A stretch of DNA of 64,000 nucleotides from Balanoglossus misakiensis (GCA_040954595.2 CM082589.2:6755186-6819185), one strand, 5' to 3'; shown: positions 26,301 to 40,045, counted from the first letter of the stretch. Notes: generated by a model from the sequence alone, not told the origin. A program made the numbers and translations.

Positions 26301-29300
26301 ACATGTGACTCTTAACTTTTGTCCTGAAACCTTGTCAAAATCAATGACGATCAACTTACGCTGTTGAGCGTAACTAACTCAACCGATTTGCCGTTAACAC
26401 CCCTACAATTAAAAGCTATTGTCGAATTACAGCTTTTGCGAACGTCAGGGAGGCGAGTTGCTGTATATTTTATGAACATGTAGTTGCTCTTTTGAGGAAT
26501 GGATGATCGTTCGCAAGTTGAATTGTTTCTTATATCAAAGGTCGTCGTGCGTAGCACCGACAAAATTCTAGGCATCTTTCAGTGTCGGTGATGTCAGCGT
26601 CTGACAAGGGAGGCATGCTCATTCTTTCGTCTGGATTTGAAGCCGGGATTTCGTCGGCTGTCATCAATGGAGGCTGCAAACAGCTCACGAGTCAAAGAAA
26701 GGGAAAAAAAGCCAAGGGGTGAAAATCGCGGGGGCATTCACCACGTACGGCGGCTCAAAATTGCTGAAGTTTCTTTCTTGTAAAGCGCGCATAAATAGAG
26801 TACAAAGTTTAGATTGCTTTGAGTCCACTTCCATTAAGCACTTAGATAGTAAAGGAGAAATCCTTTTCAGTGACTTGCTTGAAGCCTAAAGAGACGCTCT
26901 TTATAATGGGCTGTGTCAGACGTTGCATGAATGGGGGGTTGCCTCTGGCATGCTCTGTTACTGCCTTTAAACACTTCTCACAAGGTTCCCGGAGTCTGTA
27001 TTGCGAGGGGGAAAAAAAATCATCATGATGTCTAACGCGCGGTGTCATGTTGCCCAAGCAATGAGACGGCCCTGATTTTTTCGGTGGTGGTGATGTCTAT
27101 GGACGAGAATTGTGCAATTAACAGCACATCAGGAAATTCAGCTCTTCTCTCTCTCTCTCTCAGCCCTGACTTTGTGAGAAGATGTGCGAGGGGATTGGTT
27201 TATAAGCCGTTTAACCCAGGCACAAAGTCCTTTCGAAATGTGAAGAAATTACTTAGGAACAATTATCAGAAGTAAAAAGGGTAGCCTAATACGCATTAAT
27301 CGCAAATTCATTAAAGTGTATACAACGCGCGATTTTATACCTTGGCATATGTCAGGATTGTATTGTGATCGCTTCGCGCAGATCAAAAGTTTTATAACAC
27401 GGCCGTTTTCTTTCAAACAGAGCGTGTACTGTGTGTGTCTGACTTGAGTCTGTTTGATAATCGAAATTAGTGTTTTGATGGGGACGACTTTGGATTGATT
27501 GAAATGGCATCAGGGTAGAAATTAAGATTTCATAGAATTCAGCATTTTAATCTGTGTCTCTTTGATGTTGTAATCGAACACTGTCTGCATTAAATCGCGT
27601 CGTTGGAGTGAACGCGTGCCAGAACCGACCGAATGCAAATCCTGAGCGTCTATTTTGTCGTCTGCTGATGACTGCAGAAAGAAGGAAAAAAAAGACTGTT
27701 TCTTCGCAAATACTGACTGATGAAAAAGCTTGAATAACCCGGTGCTTTTTTGTTCGATGAATGATTGCTCTCGCGACAAACATTCACCGCAGCGACTTAA
27801 AAACTCAGACGGGGGCTCAAAATCACCTCTGACAGATTTCAAGACGGAGTTATCGGACAGAAAACGAGTATGCAAAGGTTCTTAAATAATTTGCAAGTTA
27901 AACAGAACACGGGTGAAACTGAATCTTCCTTTTAAGTATTGCATTCTACAGGAGGGTCGGGTCCACCTATCCAGCTTCCATCATTGAGAGGGTGAACTTT
28001 GACCCCCGAACAACTCTTATCGTCGAAGTGTCAGCAGATGGTTGTGCTTAAGAGAACGTTTTCAACAATAATGTAGTGGGCTTCAAAAAATTACAAGCAT
28101 CTGCAGTCGGCCTCCCAAAAATACAACTGAAGGAAAGATCCAGGCCATCATGCCACTGGTTTGTGATGTTAGATTTTGGTGAATTCTTTGAGAATGGTAC
28201 AGGGCTCAGCTAGTATTTATGTTTCCATTTTTCCGAGAAAAACTTGGAGACATGAAAATGCGTGTCTACTCAGACACGCATCATAATTTATGGTAATTCT
28301 TAAAAAAGAGCACAGATAAAGTTTTATTTCATGTGCAAGTATTTATCGTGAAATTGGGAACTATTGATCTCTGAAATACAAGTCGTACTCAGGGATTTTA
28401 AGTTTTGACCGTTTCATGTATGTCAACTACAGACTTTTTGCAGTTTGGCATTTATTCAGTCTAAGGCCTGGCTAGGTGAACTGGCTAAGGATTAATGTTG
28501 ATTAACAAATAAATAGTGAGGAAAAAATTATGACATTTGGCTATTTTTCAGTTGAATTTTGCCTTTTCGCATTTTTTTCTGATTAAACATCAGCTCTGCA
28601 CTACTTGTGGATGTGAAATACCGGTGAGGTGATAATAATTTGCTCGAAAGTCAGTTGGCATGTCGCGTGCTAGTTAGCGCGGAAGTCATTCTTTTGAAAT
28701 TCGCCGATGTTAGAGGGAGAAAAACATGTCAGATACTGGAACTGGAGAAGATGGAGATTTTACTATCAGCCTATCGAGAGCCCCGTTCACATTCAGTGAC
28801 ATAACCTGAATTCTCCTAATGGAAAACCTATTATGTTTTTTGTTTAAGTCGTACGTGAAATTGTTGGGTTTACTGAACAGTGCGTGACCTGTTGGTGAAC
28901 AGGAAGGTTCTGATGCATTACGCTTGGCCAGTTTTATTTTGAGCGATTCTCATATTTCTATCCCGTTTTTTCACTCGAGATTTGGTTGTTCTTTTCCAAG
29001 CTGACGTATCTGGCATTAATTTTTTGGATTTTTGTCTCAGCCAGTGTTTGTAGTGTGTATTCTTTTTAATACTATGAAAGCAACCATGTTTGTAAATCTG
29101 GTTTTAAATAAGGAGCTAAGCTCTGAACATTCGAATCCTAAAATGGTGTTCAAAAATAGTATCAAATGTATGTGAACGTGTGTACATTTTCGAATTTTCA
29201 TGGAGTCAATTTCCAGTAATAGTATTTGTTCATCAAGCTTTATAATGAAGTGATAATTTTCAAATTTAACACATTCACATTTATCCTAAAATAATCATGA

Positions 29301-29812
29301 ATGCAATTATTTCACCAGAAACTTGTTTGCTCATCATTTTCAGGGTCACTTTGACGGTCAGTTGGGAATTGTGAGGCAGTGACATACAAACAAAGAATTC
29401 TGAACTTATGCCTAACAGCAAAAATGCAAAAAAAAAAGAAAAAAAAATGAAATATGTAGATATATTCAAATTTGAAAATGTTGCTTTTTTCTGCCAGTTA
29501 AGGGTACATGATAGAAATTAATACATAACAAATGTACCTTGTGTTTTATGTGAGTATCAGAAGCTAGAATCGGCTCTTGAGGGATAATTTTTGATAAAAA
29601 AATATCAGGTAATTAAATGCTGGCGTTGTAGTTATACTTACTTTATAGCACAGTCATAATTATTATAAATGGACCGAGAGATTAATATTTAATTGATTTT
29701 CCCCTGAGAAGGTGCCTGGGTGTTTGTGAGTTATTGGTGCGTTAGTCGTGCTGCATGACTGAACCGGTGACGTTGGTGGTCTGTGAGAAGAACTGAAGTG
29801 GCCACAAATGAG

Positions 29813-30025
29813 AGAATGAAAGAGGGACAGACCGACGGACATAGAGGCACAGACAGAGAGTGAGAAATTGAGACAGAGAAATGAGTAAGAGACCAAGACA
29901 AACAAAAGTCAGAGTGAGCGAGCGAGAGAAAGAGAGAGAGAGAGGCAGACTGAGAAAGAGACAGAAATGAGAGAGAGACAAGTGAAAGTCAGAGAGCGAG
30001 GAAGAGGGTTTGAGGGAGAGAGGGG

Positions 30026-30068
<43 letters not shown>

Positions 30069-30098
30069 GAGAGAGAGAGCTGGACAGGGAGAGAGAGA
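29813..30098. repeat. Degenerate (GA)n purine-rich microsatellite
   Basis: Directly visible, with a pure (GA)n core near 30029-30078. Confidence 0.9.
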
Positions 30099-30923
30099 CA
30101 GTACGGGAAGATTAAATTAATAGCGAAACCAGGAATTACTCAGATAGGCCAACATGGTTGAAGCAGTCAAAGCCAATTACCATGGCAACTGCAGGAAGAA
30201 AGATGAGGGACGTGCAGTGAGTATCACGGGAGAGAGACATCTGATTCAGGTGTGCTTGCAGCCATAACCCAGCAAAATTGGCTCCCCAGAGTTGAAACAA
30301 GACCGGTTGTTCAGCCTTGTCTGGAAGTTTTCCACCGGGCGAGTTGTCTTCACCATGGCAATGGTGATGTAGTGACCCAAATCTTTGTGGAGAGAGAAAA
30401 AAAAATTAAGGATTAATCAAGTTTGTCGTGATATTTGCTTTTAGAGAAAAACAAACAAACTTGGACTTGACTTTGGGTCGTTTATGAGAAGAATAGACAT
30501 AATTGTTTTATTACAAAGGGTGCTTTTTCCCCAAGCATGTTATGCGTGCTAAAAGTTAATTGAAAATTTTCAGGTACATTGTGTACTGTGATTTATCAGA
30601 TCTATTGTCAAACTTTTTTTTTCTATGCACGCAATTTATGTCTCCTGCTCTCTGAAAGCTTTTTGCAGGCAAGATGTCGTTGTTTCTAAATCATGCTTTT
30701 TATGCTCATGCTTGACTCTCAATTTTGTATTTTTTGCGTGTGTTCGTGCGATTCGCCATCACCACCATGCTCGCGCGCGCAATAATGAGAAGAAAGCTTG
30801 CCTAGCAACCGAAAGTGGGCTCTTTTGCTGTTTGTAAAAGAGGGAATACAGGCCGCCACCTGAGCCTCGGCAACAGCATTGAATGTAAAGTCTAATTGTG
30901 CTTTTCCCTGTGGGCTTCGGCAG

Positions 30924-30955
30924 TATAAATGGCTGCAGAGAGCTCCCCGCTCACG
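30924..30955 (+). promoter_or_regulatory. Candidate TATA-Inr core promoter
   Basis: TATAAAT at 30924-30930, with a TCA initiator-like A at 30953 (29 nt after the TATA start). It is followed by an ATG at 31003 and a donor at 31132. Confidence 0.4.
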
Positions 30956-31002
30956 AGGTACTAATAGTTGCTGTGCCAAAGCCTCGCTTTTATATATCGT
31001 CA

Positions 31003-31131
31003 ATGTCTCTCTATAACGTTGTTCAACACCCTGGCGTAGCGACCGACTGCTATTCGACCTATGGCACCCCGAGTTTCCGCGCCCAGTTGCTGTCTAACAT
31101 GCAGTGTTTCTACAGCCCTGCTTTTATACAG
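31003..31131 (+). CDS. Candidate first coding exon, 43 codons (MSLYNVVQHPGVATDCYSTYGTPSFRAQLLSNMQCFYSPAFIQ), phase-0 donor
   Basis: First ATG after the putative TSS, open to CAG|GTCAGA. The segment is GC-richer than its flanks. No homolog securely recognised. Confidence 0.4.
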
Positions 31132-32445
31132 GTCAGAGATTTTCACTTTTTTTTAATGACTTAATTTCTGTTCGAGAAAAGTGTTCCTAATTCGCACACG
31201 TTATCTTTCTATTATTCATGTTTTGGGAATCCCGACGTGATGTACTTTTCACTTCCGATTATTTCGAACCGTCGGTTAATTTTTCGGTCCAGTAACCCGG
31301 TGGCTTTTTCTGTGCAAGCAGCAAGTTGTTACAGTTTAGTGTTGTGTGTTTTTCTGCCAGTAATGCGGTATCAATAACGCCCATTGAAATGTAGACGCTG
31401 AGCCCGGGCCCCTCTCCGACGTCCAGTACTTGTAGTACCTTTTGAAGCCATTGCAATCAATTGTTTTATCCTGTGGCACTGCAAACAGTGCCAATTAACA
31501 CTCTACAATAAACCGATCCGATTGCTTTCCTTTCATTTGACTGGCATCGAGGGGTGTCCGTTCCTGCTAGTTTACACGATTTCTCCGTATCATTACAAGC
31601 GGCGTCTTCGGATTTCACATCGTCTTTTATGCGGAGTTATATTGGCGTGTATGTGGCAATATGTCGTTCATGTTTGTGTCTGAGATCCGAGCTGTTCTGT
31701 GTGGTAGTGAAAACTTCGCCCGTGAATGCGCCGTGCTCAAACGATGCCTGTTTCTGTGTTCTGGACTGAAATCAATCTCCGAGGTGAGAAGCAAACGTTT
31801 TTGTTGTCCTTCCCCCTCCATTGAATTTGAAAAACAGAACTGTGGTTTAGAAGTCGGCGAGTTGCCTTAGATTGGGTTTCCCAGTCAGACTGTTTCAAGT
31901 GCTATTCTAAATGGATTTTAACTGTAACGTTCTATTGTTCATCTGACGTGAAAACAGTGAAAATTTTATCAAGATTAACGTCTTACTCAGTGACAACAAA
32001 ACCCGAAAGGTTTCTTTAAAGTGGTTTTGCATGTTCCAACCTGAGCAACTCCGGGCGGATGTCCCTTTGACTGGCTGAATGTAACTTCTTTTCTTTTCTC
32101 CGGCTTTGCTAAATTGAAAGCAAATTGTTTGAATTGCAACACATATACAGGACTAAAGAGACGTTAATTAGCAGCTTAATTACCGCAAGATAAACTATCC
32201 CTGGTTTCTGTAGCCCGGACGGCCGTATTTGCTTAAATTAGAGGGTGTGTGATAGTTCCCAGAACAATACCTGGTGTCTGTCTGTGCTTTGTGTAAGCCA
32301 TGCTACTGTGCCATTCATGACAGTATCATTTGAGCCAATAAAAACACCAGCCAGTCATGCACGCATTTGTGATGCTTAAGACATCCCCGGACGCATGCCA
32401 AGTGTCGAGGTCCCAACTTGCCTGTCTTGGTCATCCACGGGCAAT

Positions 32446-32472
32446 CTGACTTTCCATCCGCTGCAGGTAAGC
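32446..32472 (+). other. Juxtaposed 3'/5' splice site (candidate recursive splice point) or donor of an upstream exon
   Basis: ctgac tttccatccgctgCAG|GTAAGC: branch-like CTGAC, a pyrimidine-rich tract, then AG immediately followed by a near-consensus donor. Confidence 0.35.
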
Positions 32473-32524
32473 TGCTGAAATTCCCCCGCTTTTCTTTTTT
32501 TTTCCCGAGCGCGCCCGGTGTATC

Positions 32525-32596
32525 ATGCGACAGAGATATCTCCAACCGACTGCACCAGTGTTTACTGGTGCGAGAGAGTGTTGTACCGCAACACAG
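32525..32596 (+). CDS. Candidate short coding exon (MRQRYLQPTAPVFTGARECCTATQ), phase-0 donor
   Basis: ATG at 32525 is open for 24 codons to CAG|GTATGT. Confidence 0.2.
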
Positions 32597-35500
32597 GTAT
32601 GTTTTGAAAATTTATCCCCGGGTTTTGATGATGAGGCGGCAGATCGGTGTGTGGGATCGATCGCATTGTGTGGCTGGATTAGTTTTCCCCCCCTGTCGTA
32701 CGACTCGAGCTAGCTCCATTACTCCGGTAACAAGCCCCTAACAGTGTACTGAGTGTGTAAATCTTTACGGTATCCACACTTCATGGCTGTCGTTACTATT
32801 CAGTATTCTGTTGTTTGTCCGGCAGATTTGCTTTCCTCCAAATTGGATATGTTTCCCCGTAGAGTCTGTCTCCCTGTGTCTTTAGTTTCCTTCGCCGGTG
32901 TCAGAATCTTTTTAACATTTCGGGAATCATAACATTCCGGATTTTCAGATCCCTTTGTCAAAACCAGGAAATATTCCAAGAAAACCCATTTTGTGTTCCT
33001 GCACCAGAAAACCCAATTGAATTCGACATATTCTGTGCTGAATCGCATATTAACTACCGCATAGGAATTTTACCTCCAAATTTAGATCAAATAACCGTTC
33101 GACTACCCACCTTCCTGTATAATTACATTATTTTTGTGATTTAATTATCAAAATAGTACGTAAATTAATTATTGTTTTTAATTGGTCCCGGCAGTCGCTG
33201 TGTTTTCTAACTGGATTTTTAAATGGTTATCGGTCTTTGTTATAGTTTCAAATTTCAAAGTTATATTTGCTGAAATTTGTAATACAATAATGTTTGACGT
33301 TTGCTTGATTGGCGAGGGAGATAGTTTGACAGAATTTTGTATCCTGTTTAAAAATTCTATGAATATGGAGCTTAGGATTTCAGAGTGTTTTGGACAGTTG
33401 TTACCGAGGAATTGTTCTTAAAAAAACTTTGAAGTTCTTCTCGACTTTGAGCGCACAGGAAGTTGAATGGAGTTGAATAACCGAAAAGCAAAGTAGATAA
33501 AATATCGGAATGAAATCGGAGGACTTTGTTGGTACTCAGGTTGGTTTTGTAAAACAAAAGTGCACTATGAGAAAAAATGTGTGTAATTTTTGTTACGTCG
33601 ACTAAAATCATCACGCTTCGAAGTGTGTCAAGTGAACTCGGCGTAAGAAACGTAACAGAGCGTGTACTTGTTGGCATTCCTGAATCCATTCAGTAGCATT
33701 GGTGGCAAATTCTTTCACACTTAAGTTTGTGGAGAGTTTGAATTGAGAATACTGGACGATATTGTCGTAGTTAAACCCACTCTTTTCTCCCTCGCGCCTT
33801 TCTGAGACTTTCTGAAACTTTTAGTTTTACAAAAATGTAGTGAATTTGATCAAAATTGGTAAAGTTACTGGGTTGAAAATAGAAATATCGGTCATTACAG
33901 TGTATACTTTCAGCCCCTGAAATCATAAATTGCAGATTTTTAAATTTGCATTTGCAATTTCCAATTGGAAATGAGTTGCCATTTTTTATTGAATTGCAAA
34001 ATTTGGACATGGTTATAAAAAAAATCTGACCGTTTTGGTGGCGTTGGTTTGCGTGCTTGGTGAGTAACTTTGCTACGATAGAATGTGTGATTTAAAGAAA
34101 GCTTCTGTTTCAACAGTGCGATAATCACACCGAAAATTTTAATCAATATTTATTGCCGCCACTGAGAAGTATATTACAGACACTTGCTGTTCAATTTTAG
34201 GGAAAAAAATCACGCGACCGACAAAAAATGTTTATGCTTTGCCATCTTGTGTAATGAGAGTCAAGTGTAGGCTACACTTTGTAGAAAGTAAAGGAAATCC
34301 CTGCAGGTATGATTAAATATGTACAACCTTTCTCTTTTCCTCTCGCCTTTTTGCTTCGTCTCTAATTTTCCTTTTTTGTTCTGATTGTAAATAAAACATT
34401 GAAAAATGTCTTTTCACCCGCGGTTAATTTTTACGACTTTTGCAGATAGTTTGGGGGGCTTTAGCTACTTTTTCAAGGGGTCAAAGTGTCCATTTTCGCA
34501 ATCTATCACTAGTAACTCTTGTCTCCATGGTACGGTGTATGCAAATGTTTTAGCGTTCTGATGTAAAAATAGGGAGAAGTTTTTTTTCCAAAAAATAAAA
34601 AGGAATCACAGTGGGAAATTTTTCATACAAGAATTTTGGCGAAAATTACTGAACAATGAAATTAGTGTCATGAGCGTTTTCTGGAACTTTCTTGAGTTGA
34701 TGTTCTCTGTTTTCTGGTTGAAGGATTTCCCAAGGAGTGTACTTGGTTTATGTGTCGTTACAGGTGTTGCTATGGATACTCCGAAGAGTCTTTGCATGGT
34801 AGTCCTGAAAATTCATATTGTGCCTCAGTTTAATGGTCTTTTCCCCTTTAATATGGTCTTTTGGTGTGTTTTCGCTTTTTTAGTTGTGTGTAAATCTTGG
34901 TTCTGAGATTTAGCGACAAACTTTGAAACATATAAATTTGAAATTGCCACTAGTTTTCTATAGATTTGAATCAATCAGGGCGACCGAAACACTGTACTTG
35001 TACAAGATGGCCGGAGGTCGGAAAACCTTGTTAATTAGCCAGTGGTGAAATGCGACACTTTGCGCAAAATAAGGATTTTTCTCGGAATTGTAATTTTTTT
35101 TATCTTGATCGGTATTAAAGATGTCGACATGCTGTGCCGAGCTGGGGATTTGGAAACAAAGCTACCCTAAAATCCAATTGTATCCTTGTGAGGCATAATT
35201 CAATAAGTAGTCGGGCGGTAGTACAGGTGCAACAGCCGTACTACAAAATGGAGATTACACGAAAGCCTTTATACCGAGGGGTCAAGGATGAAAGGTCAGG
35301 AGGTCGTACCGTCCAATTTTGTCGGTTACTGTCGGAGAAGATTGCAGCGCAGATTGAAATAATTACATGATACCCACTTGATTTTTGTATCAAGTCTGTT
35401 CATGTTTTGAAAGAAAATTACTTGAGAAAACCTATCTATTAAACTGAATTGGATATCATGATGTCAGTTTTTTGTAATTTTCCACCTCATGCAAATTTTG

Positions 35501-36825
35501 TTGTCTTGTCTACTCTTATACGAAATGCAAACCCCTTGATTTCACTCAGCAAATCAAAAACTTGTTGCAATCACTTTCGAAAGAAATTACAAACAAAATT
35601 GAGGAACTTAAATATTCCGTGAATTTTGTTATTTGTAATATGAATTATATAGAGTTTAGAAGTGGAGAAAATTCCTTGGGTTAACTGAAATGCTTACCGT
35701 GTCAAACGTTCTTGTGTTGAATGTTTTGTACATTTGTAAGACTTGCGTTTCTGCAGACCGACTGACAGGCACACACACATCCAGGCAATCAGTTGAGAAT
35801 CTCAAGGTAGATAAGTTTCAACGAGTCCATCAAAGTCAATTAATATTCATATGGTTAGCGAAATTGAAAATTGCAATATATTGGCCCGCTATTCAGTTGA
35901 GTGTATCGAATTCGCATCCCAGGTAATAATTGTTGCCCGAAGAGGTTTCGCAAAATGCTGAATTAAGCATGAAAATTGCTTTGTTCAGAATCAGTTTTCG
36001 CCTCTCCCCGATGCCATTGGTGATAACCTTAGCAAGGCAAATTCCTTGTTGTCTCTGTTAGGCTGCCATCATGATCCACCGTCGCTTGTAGGTCGTTGAA
36101 AAAGATTCAAGGTTGTCGATCTAATTCTAGGTCATTTTTTTCCTCAATTTTGGGGGGAAAAAACTGTGTTAATACTTGTTATATGTTATTTATCAATCAC
36201 AATTTGTACCACTGTTTAGTAAAACTAAATTCTTGCATTGTAATGAATGCTTGTGATGGTATGAGCTATAGAATTTTTTCTAATAGATTTTCATGTATAT
36301 TTTCACAAAATGTTTTTTCAGAAGTTTTCTCTGACAGGCCAGGCTGTTATTGGCCAGAAATTCAACTGTGTTTTGATCCAATGATGAAGAGCAATTTGCA
36401 GTGACTGAAAAAAAACACTGTTTGTAGTGTTTGTTATAGGGACTTTTCAGCTATAAAAAGCAAGGTGAACTTAATTATAAAGATGTACTCTTCATTTCTC
36501 TGTGCAGTTTAGACATGGAGAGAACAGAATGGGAATCTTAGATGCATGATTGAATTAGACCGTATCGTTGTGAATCGTATCGTATCGGGACTAAAATAGG
36601 TCCTTCAAATCTAAGCAGAGTCGCCATAGCTTCTATCAGACATAAATCTGCCACTGATAAACTTGTTCAGTTTGATTGCATAGTTCTTGGAAATCACAAT
36701 GATATCAGCTCAGGGAATGCTTTTTAACCTCCAGAAAGATATTCATTTCAATTTGTTCCTATCGTACAAAAACCCCAGCTTTTTAAAATAGTTGATTTCT
36801 TTGTTCAGTTTTTTTCTCTCTTTTA

Positions 36826-36920
36826 GTACAGTACAGTACAGTACAGTACAGTACAGTACAGTACAGTACAGTACAGTACAGTACAGTACAGTACAGTACA
36901 GTACAGTACAGTACAGTACA
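36826..36920. repeat. Perfect (GTACA)19 pentanucleotide microsatellite
   Basis: Directly visible, 95 bp. It explains the VLYCT-repeat ORFs. Confidence 0.97.
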
Positions 36921-37539
36921 GGACTGGAAAGGACATAACTTCCTTTTAATCCACCGCAAATGTGAATTGATAGAGAGATCCAAATTATTACATGCACATT
37001 AAAAAAATTGATAGTATCAAAAGAGGCAGTCAATATAATTTAGCTTTTTTCGAAGCAATTTTTAGAGAAAATTTCATGTTCTGAGTTCACTTCCTGGCGT
37101 TGTTGATGAAGACACTGGTTACCATGTTCAGAATGCTCTGATGTGTAACAGTCATCTTGCTTAGATTATGTTGGATATTCAGAAAAATCGAAATCATGGT
37201 TTTAGAAAATGGTTTGTGCATATATTGGTAATAACTTGCTTCTTACTTGTTAAGGCCTGTTGAGAAAAAATTAGTTTAATATGTCAGAGAGGGGGGGGGC
37301 GTTTTTGAGCTGCGCAGGCGTGTGTGGATAAAAAAAGCCATTTGTGGAAGGAAGTGTCTGACTAGCGAGGAAGCGCAGTGTCATGGAAGTTCATGTGTGT
37401 ATTACCCGTGGGGGCATTACTTAAAAACCGCGCTGTATAGTTCCTCCGTCACCAGCAGACCGTGTAAATGGGCAACTTGTTAAAAAATAATTAGCGACCT
37501 GTGGGACTTCCCTGCCGGCCGAGGATCCATCCAGAAAGG

Positions 37540-37883
37540 TGTGTTTGTGTATGTCGTTATGTGCACGTGTGTGTGTGTGTGTGCGTGTGTGTAGTCTTGT
37601 ATGTGTGGTTTGCATATGTGTGTGTGTGTGTGTGTGCATGCGTGTGTGTCAGTGTGTATGAGAGAGATGGAGAGAGAGAAAAGTGAGAGAGAGAGAGAAA
37701 AGTGAGAGAGAGACAAAAGTGAGAGAGATGGAGAGAGAGAGGAGAGAGAGACAAAAGTGAGATAGATGGAGAGAGAGAGGAGAGAGAGACAAAAGTGAGA
37801 TAGATGGAGAGAAAGAGAGAGAGACAGAGAAAGTGGGGGAGATAGCCAGACAGAGAGAGATACAGATGGAGAGAGAGAGAGAG
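37540..37883. repeat. Compound (TG)n followed by GA-rich minisatellite (~38-bp unit gagagagaggagagagagacaaaagtgagatagatgga)
   Basis: Directly visible. Confidence 0.9.
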
Positions 37884-40045
37884 TACACATCAAACCCCCT
37901 GGACTCACGGAGCGCATCAATTTTCCATGAATAACAGGATTTTTATATTGTACAAGGAGTGGATAAAGGGTGATGGGGGAAATGGGGAACGTGGGATTAG
38001 GCCATCAATTAGTATATTTCGGCAAATCTGGATGCATTGTTATAGACCAAATCCCTTGCAACTAGATCAGGTTACAGTGCCAGTTAGCCGGTGTGGATAA
38101 TCATTCTCTGAGAGAAAGTACAGCACAGAACCTTCAGCAATCTGTGAATCAAACCGACTCTCAACCCCTGTAGGTGAATTTTTTTTTGAAGAAATCGTGG
38201 TCGTGAGAAATGATAGGGGGAAGACGGGTGAAGAGAAATGACAATTTTATGAAAATCTGATAAATTTTTCAACGTCGGGTCTCTCATCAATGGAGATTGG
38301 GCTTTTGAAGGCCGCGATGCTTGTGGAGGGAAAATGTGATTTGGGGCGATGCGGAGATTAAGAACAGGACAGGCAGGATGGTCGGGTATTAGACGTTAAC
38401 GAGACCCGCGATGTTGTAGTTCAACTGCGGATCGCGTAATTGCACACAGAGGAAATGAGTGTTCCCTTAATGCAGATTGGAGATGCTCATCTCCAGTTGG
38501 GCAGCCGAGGCCTGCGAGCTTTTATCGGTTGGGTGTTTGTTTCGTATTTCCTCCACTGTCACTTCCACTTTTGGTCGGCAATTTGACATCTACCTCAGAG
38601 GGGTGTCATCGCTGTAGTTGTACCCTTCTGTGGAATATCGAGATTTTTAGAAGCCATGCATGATAATAATAATAGGGATCATAATATTTGTTGTTATTAG
38701 TTTTTTTTCCAGGGTATGTGTCTTTTCAGTATAAAAATAAAAAAGACATAATCTCTAATGTCATAAAGATAATTTGAGTATTAGAACAAAATGCAAAACA
38801 TTTCTGACCAGTGGGGATTTTAATGAAGATTTTAATAACCAGGAGAACATTGTTTGACGAAATTGCACGATAATCCTCAAAATCAAACCTTTTATAAAAC
38901 AAACATGCAACTTTTTTGGAGGGGGGGGGGGGCAATTTCTTGTATTAGACAGCTAGCAAGGGACTATCAGTCATAAGACAGAGGATTATTACAGAACTGA
39001 ATTTCCTGAACAGCTACCATATCATTTTATCATCTTTCGATTTAGTCGAGAGGTGACAAGGATCACTCATTTTCTTGTTTCAGAATATGAATGCAGGGCT
39101 GTTTGTATAATTAATTTACCCTCAATCCTCATATAGAATTACAGAATATGAATCAAAGGCTTTGTAAGATGTAGTTTACCTGATCAAGGTTAGGCTTTGT
39201 CTGAAAGTGAATTAAGGTTATTTAAAATCCATTAGCTGTAATTATATGCTGTGTTCCTGTAGTTTTTGTTGCGCTACAATCAAATTGAATACTGTTTTTG
39301 GTTCAACTCTTGAAAGCATAGCAAATTTATTTTCCAATTGTTGTTGTTGTTTTTTAAAATTGAAATCATGTGTCAATAATAACAATGGTCATTTCATAAA
39401 CACAGGCTGCATTCAGAGTTATGATATTTTAGCATACTTTAGGGATTAGAACAAGAAACTGTGGTTAATTACAAAGAAGAAAAAAGCTGAGAACAAAACT
39501 GAAATTACTGTAGCCAAAAGTAACAGGTACTAGACCTTTTTAACATTGACTACCACGAAAATGCAATAAATTTGATTTAATATAAGATACGAAGAAAGTT
39601 AAATATCACTGCAGTTTAATTTTTTGGTAGTGGTTTTCAGTGATCCACATGCATTACTAGTCACATGCTTATAAAAAAATCCTTATAGATGAACGGTACT
39701 TGTTGTGTTACCGTTTGCGTTTTTATAGGTTGTTGTAAAGCCCGAACATTTGTTCTCCTCTGTGAGAACAATGTAGCCACATGACAGCAGTTATTAGATT
39801 CAAAGCTGCCGGCGACACCAACAAACTTCCGTTTACGGAATAACCAACTGCTGGGGAAAAAGACTGATTGAAAGGTGTTTCCCCGAGCCACCATTTGGAT
39901 CGTTGTAACGTCACTGACCTTTGAAGTGCACTAATATAGCAAATTTAGAAGAGCTATTAGCGATTTTGAGCTTGCATCGAACAGCAAACCAGCTAGCACA
40001 TCATATCCAAGGACAGCTAGCTGCTTTATTTTTTATTTTGTTCGC

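Noticed and set aside
30667-30677. miR-31-like 5' end (aggcaagatgt)
   Set aside because: The 3' half diverges and no complementary star arm lies downstream.
30914-30923. gcttcggcag resembling the U6 snRNA 5' stem-loop
   Set aside because: Only 10 nt match, and the rest of U6 does not follow.
38701-38719. ttttttttccAG G GTATGT, acceptor and donor separated by 1 nt
   Set aside because: This is not a true AG|GT ratchet junction, and a 1-nt exon cannot be supported without reads.
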